Shown piece by piece: positions 11,738 to 22,500 of a stretch of 31,336 bases of DNA. A program made the position numbers and the translations under genes. The stretch's first letter is position 1. Each line of letters opens with the position of its first letter. The stretch is from Prevotellaceae bacterium UBA3646 (GTDB lineage: Bacteria; Bacteroidota; Bacteroidia; Bacteroidales; Bacteroidaceae). The notes under the pieces are model-generated. The model saw nothing but the letters and a program-made list of their open reading frames with translations, was not told the origin of the DNA and made no database searches. The DNA is taken from assembly GCA_002373535.1 (NCBI GenBank), contig DFKL01000076.1, forward strand, positions 1 to 31,336, given 5' to 3'.

Positions 11738-13003
11738 TTATCTGATCTTCAAGGTGACGATTGCCAATGCCGCCATTATTATCGTAACAATCCAGAAACG
11801 GATAGTTACCTTGCTTTCCAGCCAGTAGCCCTTCGGCCAGTAGAGGAAGATTTTCAGATCCTTTGTCAGGTCCTCTGGCCTTACACGGAAAGTGTCATGT
11901 ATCGGTGCTCTCTTTATTATGCGCCATTTCTCCCCACGCTTGTTACCCATCTTAGCCACTTTGGTCTGTAATAGTACGCTGATACTTTCTACAAGGAACA
12001 CAAAGCAGATGACTGGGATAAGCAACTCTTTGTGAATGATAATGGCAGTAACGGCAATGATTCCTCCGATAGCCAGCGAACCGGTGTCTCCCATAAAGAC
12101 CTGGGCGGGATATGCATTATACCATAGGAAGCCAATTAGGGCCCCCATGAAGGCCAGCAGGAAAATAACCACCTCTTCCGAACCGGGGATGAACATTATG
12201 TTCAGATAGCTTGCCATCGTGATATGGCTTGACACATAGGCCAGAATAGCCAGGGCAGCACACATTATGGCAGAATTGCCGGCACACATGCCGTCCATTC
12301 CATCGTTCAGGTTGCTGCCGTTACTAACACCCATTACCACAAACGTTACGACTATGACGAAGAATATCCAGCCGGCAGCAGTCCTGTATTGCCCGAGGAA
12401 GGAGAACAGGTTACTATAGCTCAGGTTGTTGTTCTTTACGAACGGTATTGTCGTTATCGTGCTCTTGACAGGTTCGCTTTTGTGGATGACAATCTCTGTA
12501 TCCCCCCTTCTTGTCGTGGTGACGTTTTCGCGAATCACCGCATCAGGGCTCTGCCATAGGACCAGGCCTATCGTCAGGCCCAGCAGAGCCTGGCCGGCCA
12601 GTTTGTATATGGGCTTCAGACCGTCTTTGTGCACTTTCATCTTAATGTAGTCGTCCAGAAAGCCGATAAATCCCAGCCACAATGTCGTGACAAGCATCAG
12701 TATCATATATATGTTGCGCAGTCGGCCGAACAACAGGCAAGGAATAATGGTAGCGACAATAATTATCACCCCACCCATTGTAGGCACGTTCTTCTTCTGC
12801 ACGCCATACGGGTCGATACTGGCATCCCGCTGTTTTTCGTTGATATTATGCTTTTTCATCCATTTGATGAAATACTGGCCGAACCACATGGATATCAGGA
12901 GACTCAGTACCAGAGTCAGTAACCCCCTGAACGAGATGTACTGCCACATTCCGGAACCACTTATACCATAGCTTTCAAGGAGCCTGAACAGATAATATAG
13001 CAT
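11738..13003 (-). CDS. mraY: Phospho-N-acetylmuramoyl-pentapeptide transferase
   Basis: PTMGG, IGFLDDYIK, SNGSNLNDGMDG, YNAYPAQVFMGDTGSL; Bacteroidetes-type periplasmic insertion; loop-E motif is variant (see findings). Confidence 0.96.
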   Translation of the reverse strand: MLYYLFRLLESYGISGSGMWQYISFRGLLTLVLSLLISMWFGQYFIKWMKKHNINEKQRDASIDPYGVQKKNVPTMGGVIIIVATIIPCLLFGRLRNIYMILMLVTTLWLGFIGFLDDYIKMKVHKDGLKPIYKLAGQALLGLTIGLVLWQSPDAVIRENVTTTRRGDTEIVIHKSEPVKSTITTIPFVKNNNLSYSNLFSFLGQYRTAAGWIFFVIVVTFVVMGVSNGSNLNDGMDGMCAGNSAIMCAALAILAYVSSHITMASYLNIMFIPGSEEVVIFLLAFMGALIGFLWYNAYPAQVFMGDTGSLAIGGIIAVTAIIIHKELLIPVICFVFLVESISVLLQTKVAKMGNKRGEKWRIIKRAPIHDTFRVRPEDLTKDLKIFLYWPKGYWLESKVTIRFWIVTIIMAALAIVTLKIR

Positions 13004-13026
13004 ATTAGTCGTATTTTATTGTAATG

Positions 13027-14481
13027 TTACGCAATGCCAAATGCTTCGCGTATAACCTCGTGATCATCAAAATGATGTTTGATTCCCTGGATAATCTGAT
13101 AATCTTCATGTCCCTTTCCTGCAACCAGCACGGCATCGCCCGGACGGGCCATCATACATGCCGTACGTATTGCCTCACGACGATCCACGATGCTTATCGT
13201 CTTCTTCATGTCTTCCTCGGTCAGGCCGGCAAGCATGTCATTGATAATCTCTTGCGGATTCTCAAATCGTGGGTTGTCGCTGGTAATAATTACATGGTCG
13301 CTGTACTTGGCGGCCTCCTGGGCCATAAGCGGACGTTTTCCCTTGTCGCGGTTTCCTCCGGCACCGCATACTGTCCAGCATTGGCCTTTGCCGTTCATAA
13401 CCTCGTTTATGGTAGACAGGACGTTTTCCAGTGCGTCAGGTGTATGCGCATAGTCTACAATAGCCGTTATGCCGTTATTTGAGCGTATTGTCTCAAAACG
13501 GCCATTGACAGGTTTCATTGCGCTCAGTTCTACGAGAGCATCCTGCCTGCTTATTCCCATCATGCGAAGAGTCCCATATACAGCAAGCAGGTTCTGTACG
13601 TTGAAACGGCCTACGAACTGAACGAATACATCCGTATCGTCAATCTTCAGTGTCATACCCTCAAAGCTCTCCTCCAAGACCTTTGCGCGGAAGTCGGCAA
13701 TACCGCGTATAGAGTAGGTCTTGACAACAGCTCGTGTATTCTGGGTCATGACCATGCCGTTTCTGTCATCTGCATTCGTGACTGCAAACGCATCTTTGGG
13801 CAGCATGTCAAAGAACCCCTTTTTGGCGTCACGGTAGTTCTCAAAAGTCTTGTGATAGTCCAGATGGTCACGAGTCAGGTTCGTGAACACTCCGCCCGCA
13901 AACGTGAGTCCACCGATGCGTTTCTGTGCGACAGAGTGGCTGCTAACCTCCATAAATGCATATTTACAGCCGGCATCTGCCATTTCCCCCAGCAGGCGAT
14001 TAAGGGTAATAGGGTCAGGAGTAGTACACTCCGTTGGACAGGCTTTGCCGTCAATATAGTTGCATACGGTACTGCATAACCCCGCTTTTATACCCATGTG
14101 CCGTACTATGTTGTACAGAGTGGTTGCAATCGTAGTCTTGCCGTTTGTGCCGGTCACGCCTATCAGTTTTATTTTCTTGGTAGGGTTGCCGTAGAATTCC
14201 GTAGCCAGCGGACCCACGGCATCCTCTGTATTGTCATATTGGAGATATGTGACGTTTTCAGACAAAGTCTCTGGCAGTTTTTCGCATACGATTGCACTTG
14301 CACCCGACTCTATTGCCTTGGCAATATAGTCGTGTCCGTCCGCCATAGTGCCGCGCATGGCAATGAAAGCCGTATTCTTTTCAACTTTGCGCGAGTCTAT
14401 CTCCAGCTTGCCGATCTCAATGTCAGCATTGCCAAGAATGTTGGCAGGCTTGCAGTGCTCTATGATTTGAGTCAGTTTCAT
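13027..14481 (-). CDS. murE: UDP-N-acetylmuramoyl-L-alanyl-D-glutamate--2,6-diaminopimelate ligase (probable start MKLTQ at 14481)
   Basis: [50 protein letters not shown] (the meso-DAP specificity motif), AGKGHEDYQ. Confidence 0.97.
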   Translation of the reverse strand: MKLTQIIEHCKPANILGNADIEIGKLEIDSRKVEKNTAFIAMRGTMADGHDYIAKAIESGASAIVCEKLPETLSENVTYLQYDNTEDAVGPLATEFYGNPTKKIKLIGVTGTNGKTTIATTLYNIVRHMGIKAGLCSTVCNYIDGKACPTECTTPDPITLNRLLGEMADAGCKYAFMEVSSHSVAQKRIGGLTFAGGVFTNLTRDHLDYHKTFENYRDAKKGFFDMLPKDAFAVTNADDRNGMVMTQNTRAVVKTYSIRGIADFRAKVLEESFEGMTLKIDDTDVFVQFVGRFNVQNLLAVYGTLRMMGISRQDALVELSAMKPVNGRFETIRSNNGITAIVDYAHTPDALENVLSTINEVMNGKGQCWTVCGAGGNRDKGKRPLMAQEAAKYSDHVIITSDNPRFENPQEIINDMLAGLTEEDMKKTISIVDRREAIRTACMMARPGDAVLVAGKGHEDYQIIQGIKHHFDDHEVIREAFGIA

Positions 14482-14535
14482 ATACCTTGGTAATATAATA
14501 TATATTATATAATATGTATCAGGCAATCCCCGTTC

Positions 14536-16578
14536 CTATTCCAAAGTCAGGCTTATAGTCGTAGGATTTGTAATTTTTGTACCTGCGGCAATGCTTTGCT
14601 CCTTGACCGTCCCCGTTCCGTGCAACTTGACCCTGAGGCCTCTTTTCTTCAATACATAAACTGCATTTCGTGCCCCCATGCCGGTAACGTCAGGAACATG
14701 CTTGTCGTCTGTGGCATCAGCTTTGCTGCGTGACTTTTTCTTCGTAGGAGTGTAGACAGAGAGACTGTCTGCCGCCTCTTTGGCATCGCGATCCAGCGAT
14801 TGTGCCATTACGAATTGTGATATCTGGCTGAATACGGGGCCGCACTGGCCGCCGCCGGAAGCCGGCAGGCCACGCTTTACGATGCATACGATACTGCTGT
14901 AGCGGGGAGCTTCGCTCGGATAATACCCACAGAAGCTTACCATATATTTGTGTGAGGCATAGCTGCCGTTCTCCGAGAATTGAGCCGTTCCTGTCTTTCC
15001 GCTGACCTCAAACAGCTTGCTGCCGTTACCGGCTTTGTGCCCCAGACCGATCTTCACTACGTTGTGCAGGCAGAACTGAATGTCCTTCAGTGTTGAAGGC
15101 TTGCATATCTGCTGCTTTATTATTTCCGTTGGAAATTCGCGGATCACATGGCCGTTCACCATCTCAGCCTTAACGAATCTTGGACGCACCATGGTACCAT
15201 TGTTGGCAATTGCGTTGTAGAATGTCAATGTACTTATCGGAGGCAGCATGGTGACATAACCTATACTCATCCATGGCAGGTCAGTCTTGCTCCAATATCT
15301 TTTTGGGTCATCCGGGCGTGGTATGATAGGTTCTCCCTTGCCGGCAAAAGGAAGGTTCAGCGGTATGCCTACACCTTCTCTCAACAGTCCGTCCACGAAA
15401 GCCTTGGGATTGTCGTGATAAGCCTTGTCTATGATGCGGCTGACACCTATGTTGCTGCTGTATTCCAGAATCTGTGATATTGTCAGTGTGCCATATCCTC
15501 CACGATGCCAGTTATGGTCTTTCATCGTGCGGCCATACATGTTGTATTGTCCTTTGTTGCAGTCTACGGTGTTGTCCAGTGTAATTTTGCCGTCGTCCAA
15601 GGCAAGCATTATGCTGGCGGTCTTGAAGGTAGAGCCGGGTTCCATCAGGTCGCTGACGGCACTGTTCTTCATTTCATAGTACTCTCCGTCTTCTGCACGG
15701 TGCATGTTTACGATAGCCTTTATGTCACCTGTGGCACACTCCATGACTATTGCAACACCTATTTCCCCGTTCACCGACGGCTCCTTTAGCTTGGCCACCA
15801 AGGCTTTCTCCGCAAAGTCCTGGATGTCCACGTCTATTGTCGTCATCAGGTCATGTCCCTGTATTGGTTCACGGTCGATTATGCTTACACGGCGGTTCCT
15901 GATTTTCATTCTGTGGCTCACACCGTTTTTCCCGCGTAGAATCGAGTCATAGCTAAGCTCGATTCCGTTTTTTGCAGCATCAGAGTCGCGCCACAGGTCT
16001 CCCAGCGTACGTGATGCCAGTGAACCATATGGATGCTTGCGCTGTAATATCTCTTCTGCATAGAAACCACCCTTGAACGAAGGGTCTCTCAGTAGAGGGA
16101 GTTGCTTGCATTCCTTATATTGTATATAAGTGGCATGACGAGGATATATCCTCCAGGCGTGGCTCCCTTTTCTCTTGCCTTTCAAGAGGCGCGTCCTGAA
16201 CCACTCTGAAGTCTTGTCCGGGAAAATCTTGGCCAGTCCGTCACATATGCTGTCCAGCTTTTCGTCAAAGACAGAATCGCGATAAGCCTGAGCCTTGACT
16301 CTTGCCTTTTCATTCTTGTCGATGACGACATAATCCATGTAAATGCGATACTCCGGCACGGAGCCAGCCATCAGTTTCCCGTTACAGTCGTATATGTTGC
16401 CTCTGGTCGCCTGTATAGGTACGTTCTCCTTGACGAACATCTTGCTTACTTCAGTCCAGTACTCGCGCTTGCTGGTCATTGTATACAAGGCAGTACTCAG
16501 GATATATGCCCCCATCAAGCCCATAATGATGACAATGATCAGGAAACGTCCTATGCTATTCTTCTTGTCAGCCTTCAT
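14536..16578 (-). CDS. ftsI: Class B penicillin-binding protein (FtsI/PBP3) with C-terminal PASTA domain
   Basis: N-terminal TM, RGNIYD, SxxK (EPGSTFK), SxN (YSSNIG), KTG (SGKTGTAQ), PASTA-like VPDVTGMGARNAVYVLKKRGL. Confidence 0.93.
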   Translation of the reverse strand: MKADKKNSIGRFLIIVIIMGLMGAYILSTALYTMTSKREYWTEVSKMFVKENVPIQATRGNIYDCNGKLMAGSVPEYRIYMDYVVIDKNEKARVKAQAYRDSVFDEKLDSICDGLAKIFPDKTSEWFRTRLLKGKRKGSHAWRIYPRHATYIQYKECKQLPLLRDPSFKGGFYAEEILQRKHPYGSLASRTLGDLWRDSDAAKNGIELSYDSILRGKNGVSHRMKIRNRRVSIIDREPIQGHDLMTTIDVDIQDFAEKALVAKLKEPSVNGEIGVAIVMECATGDIKAIVNMHRAEDGEYYEMKNSAVSDLMEPGSTFKTASIMLALDDGKITLDNTVDCNKGQYNMYGRTMKDHNWHRGGYGTLTISQILEYSSNIGVSRIIDKAYHDNPKAFVDGLLREGVGIPLNLPFAGKGEPIIPRPDDPKRYWSKTDLPWMSIGYVTMLPPISTLTFYNAIANNGTMVRPRFVKAEMVNGHVIREFPTEIIKQQICKPSTLKDIQFCLHNVVKIGLGHKAGNGSKLFEVSGKTGTAQFSENGSYASHKYMVSFCGYYPSEAPRYSSIVCIVKRGLPASGGGQCGPVFSQISQFVMAQSLDRDAKEAADSLSVYTPTKKKSRSKADATDDKHVPDVTGMGARNAVYVLKKRGLRVKLHGTGTVKEQSIAAGTKITNPTTISLTLE

Positions 16579-16587
16579 GTCTGTGTG

Positions 16588-17004
16588 TTACTTGTTTGGG
16601 GTGAATATATGGTATGGAGCCTTGTTGCTGACTCTTATTGTACTGTCTCCTAACGATTTGAGTCGTAGTTCAATCTGGCTTTGTCTGGTGCAGAAAGTCA
16701 GTTCGCTGTTTCTTGTCAGGCTTTTGAATTTCCAGTCCTGCAATTCTTCCCGCAATGTCTGTTCCTCGATTATTTCCTGTTGGGCACCATAGCGGTTGGT
16801 GATATATACTATTATACCGGCCACGATTACCACGAATAACCATATCTGGCGTTTGAACCACTGGCCGTCAATGCTAATCTGCCTCCAGGCGTCCCTTAGT
16901 TGCCTGAGTGCCAGTTCATCGTCTGTCTCAGCCTGTCTGCTCCTGCGTCTTACGACCTTTTTCTCAACATCCAATGTTTCTTTTTCCTTCTCGTTCTCTT
17001 TCAT
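16588..17004 (-). CDS. ftsL: FtsL-like cell division protein
   Basis: One TM segment (IWLFVVIVAGIIVYITNRY) then a coiled coil (LREELQDWKFKSLTRNSEL); between rsmH and ftsI. Confidence 0.8.
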   Translation of the reverse strand: MKENEKEKETLDVEKKVVRRRSRQAETDDELALRQLRDAWRQISIDGQWFKRQIWLFVVIVAGIIVYITNRYGAQQEIIEEQTLREELQDWKFKSLTRNSELTFCTRQSQIELRLKSLGDSTIRVSNKAPYHIFTPNK

Positions 17005-17918
17005 CTTTTCTCTGCAATGCGAAGTTTGGCAGATCGGCTGCGCGGGTTGTTTCTTATTTCTTCATCCGAAGGGACAATGACTCCCTTGCTTATATCTTTT
17101 AGCGCAGAAGTCGGATTTCCGAAAATCCACGCCTCTCTGTTGTCGTTCCCGTTCTCTGCTCCGGAATACCTTATGTGATTCTTGACTATTCTGTCCTCAA
17201 GGCTGTGATAGGTGATTACGGCCAGTCTGCCGTTCTTTTTCAGCACCGATGTTGCAGCATCGAGCATCTCTTCCAGGGCTTTCATTTCTCCGTTGACCTC
17301 TATTCTCAGGGCCTGGAATATCCTGGCCAGGTCTTTCTTTTCCCGCTCTCGACCCAATAGAGGCACGACAATATCGGCAAGTTGTCCAGTCGTCTTGATG
17401 TCCTTCTGTTTCCGGTGCCTTGCAATCTCTGCGGCAATGCGCCTGCTTTGCTTCAGTTCGCCATACATGAACATTATATCGGCAAGCCTGCCCTCCGGAT
17501 AGTCCATGACAATGTCATGCGCGGTAGTCAGGCTTCTCCTGTTCATCCTCATGTCCAGGGGAGCATCGTACCTGAAGGAAAACCCCCTTTCCCCGTCGTC
17601 CAGATGATGGCTGCTCACGCCCAGGTCGGCCAGAATGCCGTCCACCCCATCCACCTTGTAGTACTGCATCCAATTGGCAACAAACCTGAAATTGCTGTGT
17701 ACGAATGTGAATCTCTCGTCATCTGTTGCACCATCCTTGGCATCATTGTCCTGGTCAAATCCATAGAGATGCCCGCCCTTACCGAGCCTTTTTATGATTT
17801 CCCTGCTATGGCCGCCGCCACCATACGTCAGGTCAGCATAAATGCCGTCGGGCTTTATGTCTAAGCCCTCCATGCACTCATTCAGCATAACAGGAATATG
17901 GTAAGTCGGACAATCCAT
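17001..17918 (-). CDS. rsmH: 16S rRNA C1402 N4-methyltransferase
   Basis: HIPVML, DLTYGGGGHS, DLGVSSHHLD, RGFSF, PLDMRM, FQALRIEVN, ITYHSLEDRIVK, NPRSRSAKLR. Confidence 0.97.
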   Translation of the reverse strand: MDCPTYHIPVMLNECMEGLDIKPDGIYADLTYGGGGHSREIIKRLGKGGHLYGFDQDNDAKDGATDDERFTFVHSNFRFVANWMQYYKVDGVDGILADLGVSSHHLDDGERGFSFRYDAPLDMRMNRRSLTTAHDIVMDYPEGRLADIMFMYGELKQSRRIAAEIARHRKQKDIKTTGQLADIVVPLLGREREKKDLARIFQALRIEVNGEMKALEEMLDAATSVLKKNGRLAVITYHSLEDRIVKNHIRYSGAENGNDNREAWIFGNPTSALKDISKGVIVPSDEEIRNNPRSRSAKLRIAEKR

Positions 17919-17939
17919 TTTTTTCTTGGGACGATATGT

Positions 17940-18392
17940 TTAGTCAGTCTTCGTGTTCATCAATGTCTCCAGGCTCTGAGCCAATTCCTCGGTACGCGAC
18001 AGCATTTCAATGGCAGACTGCTTGTTCCAGATTTCTATGGTGTCATCTACGCCAATGAATCTGACCTCATAGTCCAGCCCTGCAATTTCCGCATATCTCT
18101 GCGGTATCAGTATTCGTCCGTTGCTGTCCATGTTTATACTTTCCGCACCTGCCACAAATCCGCGCAGGGCAGCACGGCCCTTGCTGTCAAACATGTTCGT
18201 ACGTTGGGTGATGGCATCCACTTGGGCGTTCCAGACATTTTCAGGGTACAGGACCAGACACTGCTGGAACACGTCACGCCTCAGTATCAGTCCGTCAACG
18301 CCCTCACGCTGCATTACCCTTCTGAAAACGGCAGGAAGGAAGACGCGTCCTTTCTCGTCCATTTTTGCGTCGATATTGCCTGTAAATCTCAT
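17940..18392 (-). CDS. mraZ: Division/cell wall cluster transcriptional repressor MraZ (probable start MRFTG at 18392)
   Basis: Two AbrB-like halves: DAKMDEKGRVFLPAVFR and NMDSNGRILIP; IGVDDTIEIWN. Confidence 0.95.
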   Translation of the reverse strand: MRFTGNIDAKMDEKGRVFLPAVFRRVMQREGVDGLILRRDVFQQCLVLYPENVWNAQVDAITQRTNMFDSKGRAALRGFVAGAESINMDSNGRILIPQRYAEIAGLDYEVRFIGVDDTIEIWNKQSAIEMLSRTEELAQSLETLMNTKTD

Positions 18393-18424
18393 GTGCGTGT
18401 ACCTTTTATTGATGAATTTGGGGA

Positions 18425-18456
18425 CAAATATACAATTTTCTCCACAATTCCCCACC
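18425..18456 (-). promoter_or_regulatory. dcw operon promoter (-7 box) with MraZ-box-like direct repeats
   Basis: Minus strand GGTGGGGAATTGTGGAGAAAATTGTATATTTG: GTGGG and GTGGA exactly 10 bp apart, then TATATTTG (TAnnTTTG). GTGG(G/A) repeats at 10-bp spacing are the known MraZ operator pattern. Confidence 0.75.
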
Positions 18457-18616
18457 GCTTTTTTAATTTATTTTTGCAGGCGGCACTAATATTTGTTCAG
18501 GCCATCGTGTGCGACATGCGCCATGCAGTATTCTGCTGTCGATAAAATGGGCAATTTACGAACAATTTTAACATTTATGTTTCCTAAGATAAAAATATTG
18601 CAAGATAAGTTTTTCA

Positions 18617-18640
18617 GGTGGGGAATTTTTCTTAACTTTG
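18617..18640 (+). promoter_or_regulatory. Promoter (-7 box) of the cyclophilin gene
   Basis: TAACTTTG at 18633-18640 (TAnnTTTG), preceded by GGTGGGGAATT at 18617-18627. Confidence 0.6.
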
Positions 18641-18671
18641 CCGGCAATGATTAAATTGACTGTTCGGGAAT

Positions 18672-19397
18672 ATGTTTGGGAACACAAGGAACATTCCTGT
18701 GAAAGTAGTGGCCGTAGTGCTCATCGTCTTGCTGGCAAGTCCTTCGGTGTGGGCAAGACGCAAGGAAAAAAGGAGTGTGGTACGTCTCGAGACGACAATG
18801 GGAACAATACGTATTGCACTTATGGATGAGACACCTGTCCATCGGGACAATTTCCTGAAGCTCACGGAACAAGGGTTTTACGACGGGACGCTGTTCCATC
18901 GCGTTATCAAGGACTTTATGATTCAGGGCGGAGACCCAGCCAGCCGCACCGCACGTCAGGGCGAGGTCCTCGGCAACGGTGACGTAGGTTATACCCTGCC
19001 GCCGGAATTCTTCCTGCCCGATCTGTACCACAGGCGCGGCATGGTTGCGGCAGCCCGTGAAGGAGATGACGTCAATCCTGGCCGCCGCAGCAGCGGGTGT
19101 CAGTTTTACATCGTGTGGGGAAGGAAATGGAGGCCTGCGCCTCTCGATAGAATCCGCGCGTCTTGGGAAGAAAAGGGGTACGAATACACACGTTTTATGA
19201 CAGACGATTATCAGACCCTGGGCGGAACGCCCCATCTTGATGGGGAATATACAGTGTTCGGCGAGGTGATAGAAGGTCTCGGCGTCGTAGGTGAAATACA
19301 GCTTGCCGACACGGACTCCAACGACCGTCCTGTCCGCGATATTCGTATCCTCAAGGCTGTCGTGGAGCAATACGGCCGTGCTGCGCAATATCGTTGA
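18672..19397 (+). CDS. Cyclophilin-type peptidyl-prolyl cis-trans isomerase with signal peptide
   Basis: LETTMGTIRIAL..ETPVHRDNF, YDGTLFHRVIKDFMIQGGDP, RGMVAAAR, SSGCQFYIV, GGTPHLDGEYTVFGEV; hydrophobic N-terminus ending SVWA. Confidence 0.95.
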   Translation: MFGNTRNIPVKVVAVVLIVLLASPSVWARRKEKRSVVRLETTMGTIRIALMDETPVHRDNFLKLTEQGFYDGTLFHRVIKDFMIQGGDPASRTARQGEVLGNGDVGYTLPPEFFLPDLYHRRGMVAAAREGDDVNPGRRSSGCQFYIVWGRKWRPAPLDRIRASWEEKGYEYTRFMTDDYQTLGGTPHLDGEYTVFGEVIEGLGVVGEIQLADTDSNDRPVRDIRILKAVVEQYGRAAQYR

Positions 19398-19475
19398 AAC
19401 CGACATGTTTAGACGACATTGTGGTAAAAAGGCACAATTTGTCCATTTCTTCATGCACACGCGAAAAGAAAAGTG

Positions 19476-19483
19476 TATTTTTG
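19476..19483 (+). promoter_or_regulatory. Putative -7 promoter box for the surface-protein operon
   Basis: TATTTTTG matches TAnnTTTG, about 54 nt upstream of ATG 19537. No correctly spaced -33 element. Confidence 0.5.
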
Positions 19484-19536
19484 TCGTCGCATAGGAGTAT
19501 CGTTGTAGGTTATTTCGAGAAAACAAACGTCATGAC

Positions 19537-22500
19537 ATGAAGATAAAGTCACTTTTAATATCTGTTTTAATGGCGATGTCGTCAACAGTATTGATGGTTT
19601 CCTGTATATCCGAGGCACCATTGGAAATTGAATGCGATATCGATGAAATATATGTCCATGTAGACAAGCCTCTGGAAGTTTTCAACAGCGAGTCGGATAC
19701 CCTGCACCAGTTCCTCCCTATTGATACCAGACACGTGTTTTCTGTCAGGCACGACGCAAGTCTGGGACGGTACCCAGTGTACATCAAGACATCCAAGGGC
19801 TCGACTGCATATATTGTCGTAGACGGCAGGGAGGAGCTGTTCGAAAACGGCATGCCAGTGGATTTCGCCGGTGAGCGGATTCAGAAATTTGTCGTTCGCT
19901 GTGAGAGTGGCGAGTGGAGCAAGACTTACGAGATTTCAATGGAGCGTCAGCCTGCATATACCGTTTTGACCGAGATGCTGATAGACTTCAACGGCAATTA
20001 TACAGTCCAGGGCACTACCTCTGCTACACCAGGCTACTACGTCTGGAAGGAAACGGATCCGGTAATAACCAAAAATCTTTTCCGTGCCGGAGACCCTGTA
20101 TGGAAGAACGGAAATCCCGGGTATATATTGAGCCGCGGGTCTTCCGCACCGGAGGACTATCCCACGGTACCGGTATTTAACGGAGGCATGGACGGAACAG
20201 ACTGCGTCAAGTTGCATACACGCAGCACAGGCTCGTTTGGACAGATGGTGAACATACCTTTGGCAGCCGGCAGTATGTTCAACGGACTTTTCGATTCAAG
20301 CAAGGCATTGAGCGATGCCCGCAAGGCAACACGCTTCGGAGCGCCATGCCCCCATAAGCCTGTCCGTATCGAGGCAGACCTTAAGTACGAGCCGGGCTCA
20401 AGGTTTCAGGATTCTGAAGAAAATGAGATTACAGGTGTCGTCGACGAACCGGACTTGTATTGTGTGATCTATCGCAACGTCGACGAGAACGGCAATCCTG
20501 TCATGCTTGACGGCGACGACATCCTGACCAGCAAGTATATTCTCGGGGTAGCCCGTCTGCAACACACTTACAATATGGTCTGGAACGAGGAGGAACAGCG
20601 CCATATACCCGAACCGGTGCTTACCAATAGCCCAACGCATGGCGTCACGACAGAGTGGGGGCACGTGTCGATACCCGTCAACTACGACTTTTTCCAGACA
20701 GGGCACGAGAACACGCTCGACCCGGTGATATTGAAGAACCGTGGCTACAGCGTCGTGATAGGTTCGACCAGCAGCTGGCGCGGAGCCTATTTCGAGGGAG
20801 CGTTGGATTCCAAGCTGTATATGGACAATATCAAGGTCATCTTCGAGGATCCCGAAGACCAGGGCGACGATACGCTTCCCATAACCTCAGCCAGCATTGT
20901 CGTCGATGACCCGTTGGCATTGTTCCAGGAAGAGTCAGACAGCGTCCGGTATCTGGAAGAAGGGGCCACCAATATCATCTTCCCCGTCAAGTGGGATGCC
21001 GATATGAAATCCGTACCGCTCACCATTCATGCAGGAAAAGGCTATGCCGTATATGACGAGAACGGCAAGGCTTTTGTCTCAGGGACAAAGGTGGATCTCT
21101 CCAAGGATAAAGTCTTGAAGCTCAAGGTACGTGATTCCGAGGGCAAATTGGAAATTGTCTATACCGTCAGTGCCAAGTTCCAGGATCAGCCGGTTCCGAC
21201 ACTCTCAACAGCCGCCATCATAGTCAGCACCCCGTTGTCCATATTCAACAGCGTGGGTGACAGCGTGCAGGGCCCCTCAGCGTCCAACGAGATAATATTC
21301 CCTGTCAGGTGGGACGCCGTCGTCACCTCAGTACCCCTGACCCTCAATGTCAGCAAGTGGGCTACAATCCAGGACGCAGCAGGCAATGCTTTCGTGTCTG
21401 GAAGCACTGTCGACCTGTCGGACGGACAGTTCCACCAGTTCAAGGTCTTCAGTCAGGACGGCTCTCAGGAGAATACCTACAAAGTCAAGGTTCAATACGC
21501 CGGGCAGACAGAGTTCTCCGTGTCGTCATTCAGCATCGTGGTGCAGAACCCGCTTGATATTTTCAGGCAGGCAGCCGACAGCGTCCAGACAGCCAGCGAG
21601 GCCGGCGAAGTCATCTTCCCTGTCAAGTGGAATGCCGACGTGACGTCCGTTCCACTTACGATACACGCTACAAGGTTCTCGACGATCTATGACGAGAATG
21701 ACGACACGTTCATCTCAGGTCAGAACGTAAACCTCTCGGATGGCCGTTTCCATACCTTTACGGTAAAGAGCCGCTTTGGCAAGAAGACACTGACGTACAA
21801 GGTCAGGGCTGACATAGGACAGGAACCACGCTATGTCTTCAGCTTCGAAAACGGAAGCACCACAAGCGGATACTACACATGGTCAGATGCCAATCTTGCA
21901 TCGTCATGGCAAACGACAAACGCAATGTTCAAGGTCCTCCGTAACGGAGCCTCCGTTGCAGAGTGCCCGGCCCGGCTGGACGGAACCACGTTGCTGCTCG
22001 AGACGACGGCCAACAATCCGACATACGCACCGATACTGAAGATGCGTACCGTCCCCGGGATGCTGTTTAACGGAACTATGGATTCATACAGCCAGCAACA
22101 GGCAATCAGCGGAGGACAGCCATATTTCCAGTCACTTCCACATTACGGAGCACCATTCCTACACAAGCCTACTAAGATGAAGGTACGTGCCAAGTATATC
22201 CCGGGCGAGAAATACTACAGAGGCAATACATACATTGCCGACGAGACAGATTCCCCCGACGTCTACTGCGTGTTCTACCGCAACATGGGCGGACAGTTCA
22301 CACTCTCTGCCGACAATCTGTTCACACACGGCAATATCGCAGGATATGCACGCCTTCATGGTTCTGGCAAGAGGATTGGCACTACATGGACAGACCTTGA
22401 GTTCAAGATAGAGACCTACAACGTAGATGCAAAGGCCATGGCAGGCGGAGGCTACAGCATGGCAGTCGGAGCGACCAGCAGTTGGAATGCCCTGAATATG

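Noticed and set aside
13003-13027. Absence of murF (and ddl) from the dcw cluster
   Set aside because: To my knowledge this is the usual Bacteroidales arrangement; these genes are normally elsewhere.
3486-18545. Numerous plus-strand ORFs over the dcw operon (e.g. 3505-4293, 7980-8567, 10283-10891, 17898-18545)
   Set aside because: Fully antisense to well-supported essential genes and without recognisable motifs.
18651-19526. 291-aa minus-strand ORF
   Set aside because: Antisense to the cyclophilin; no protein family features.
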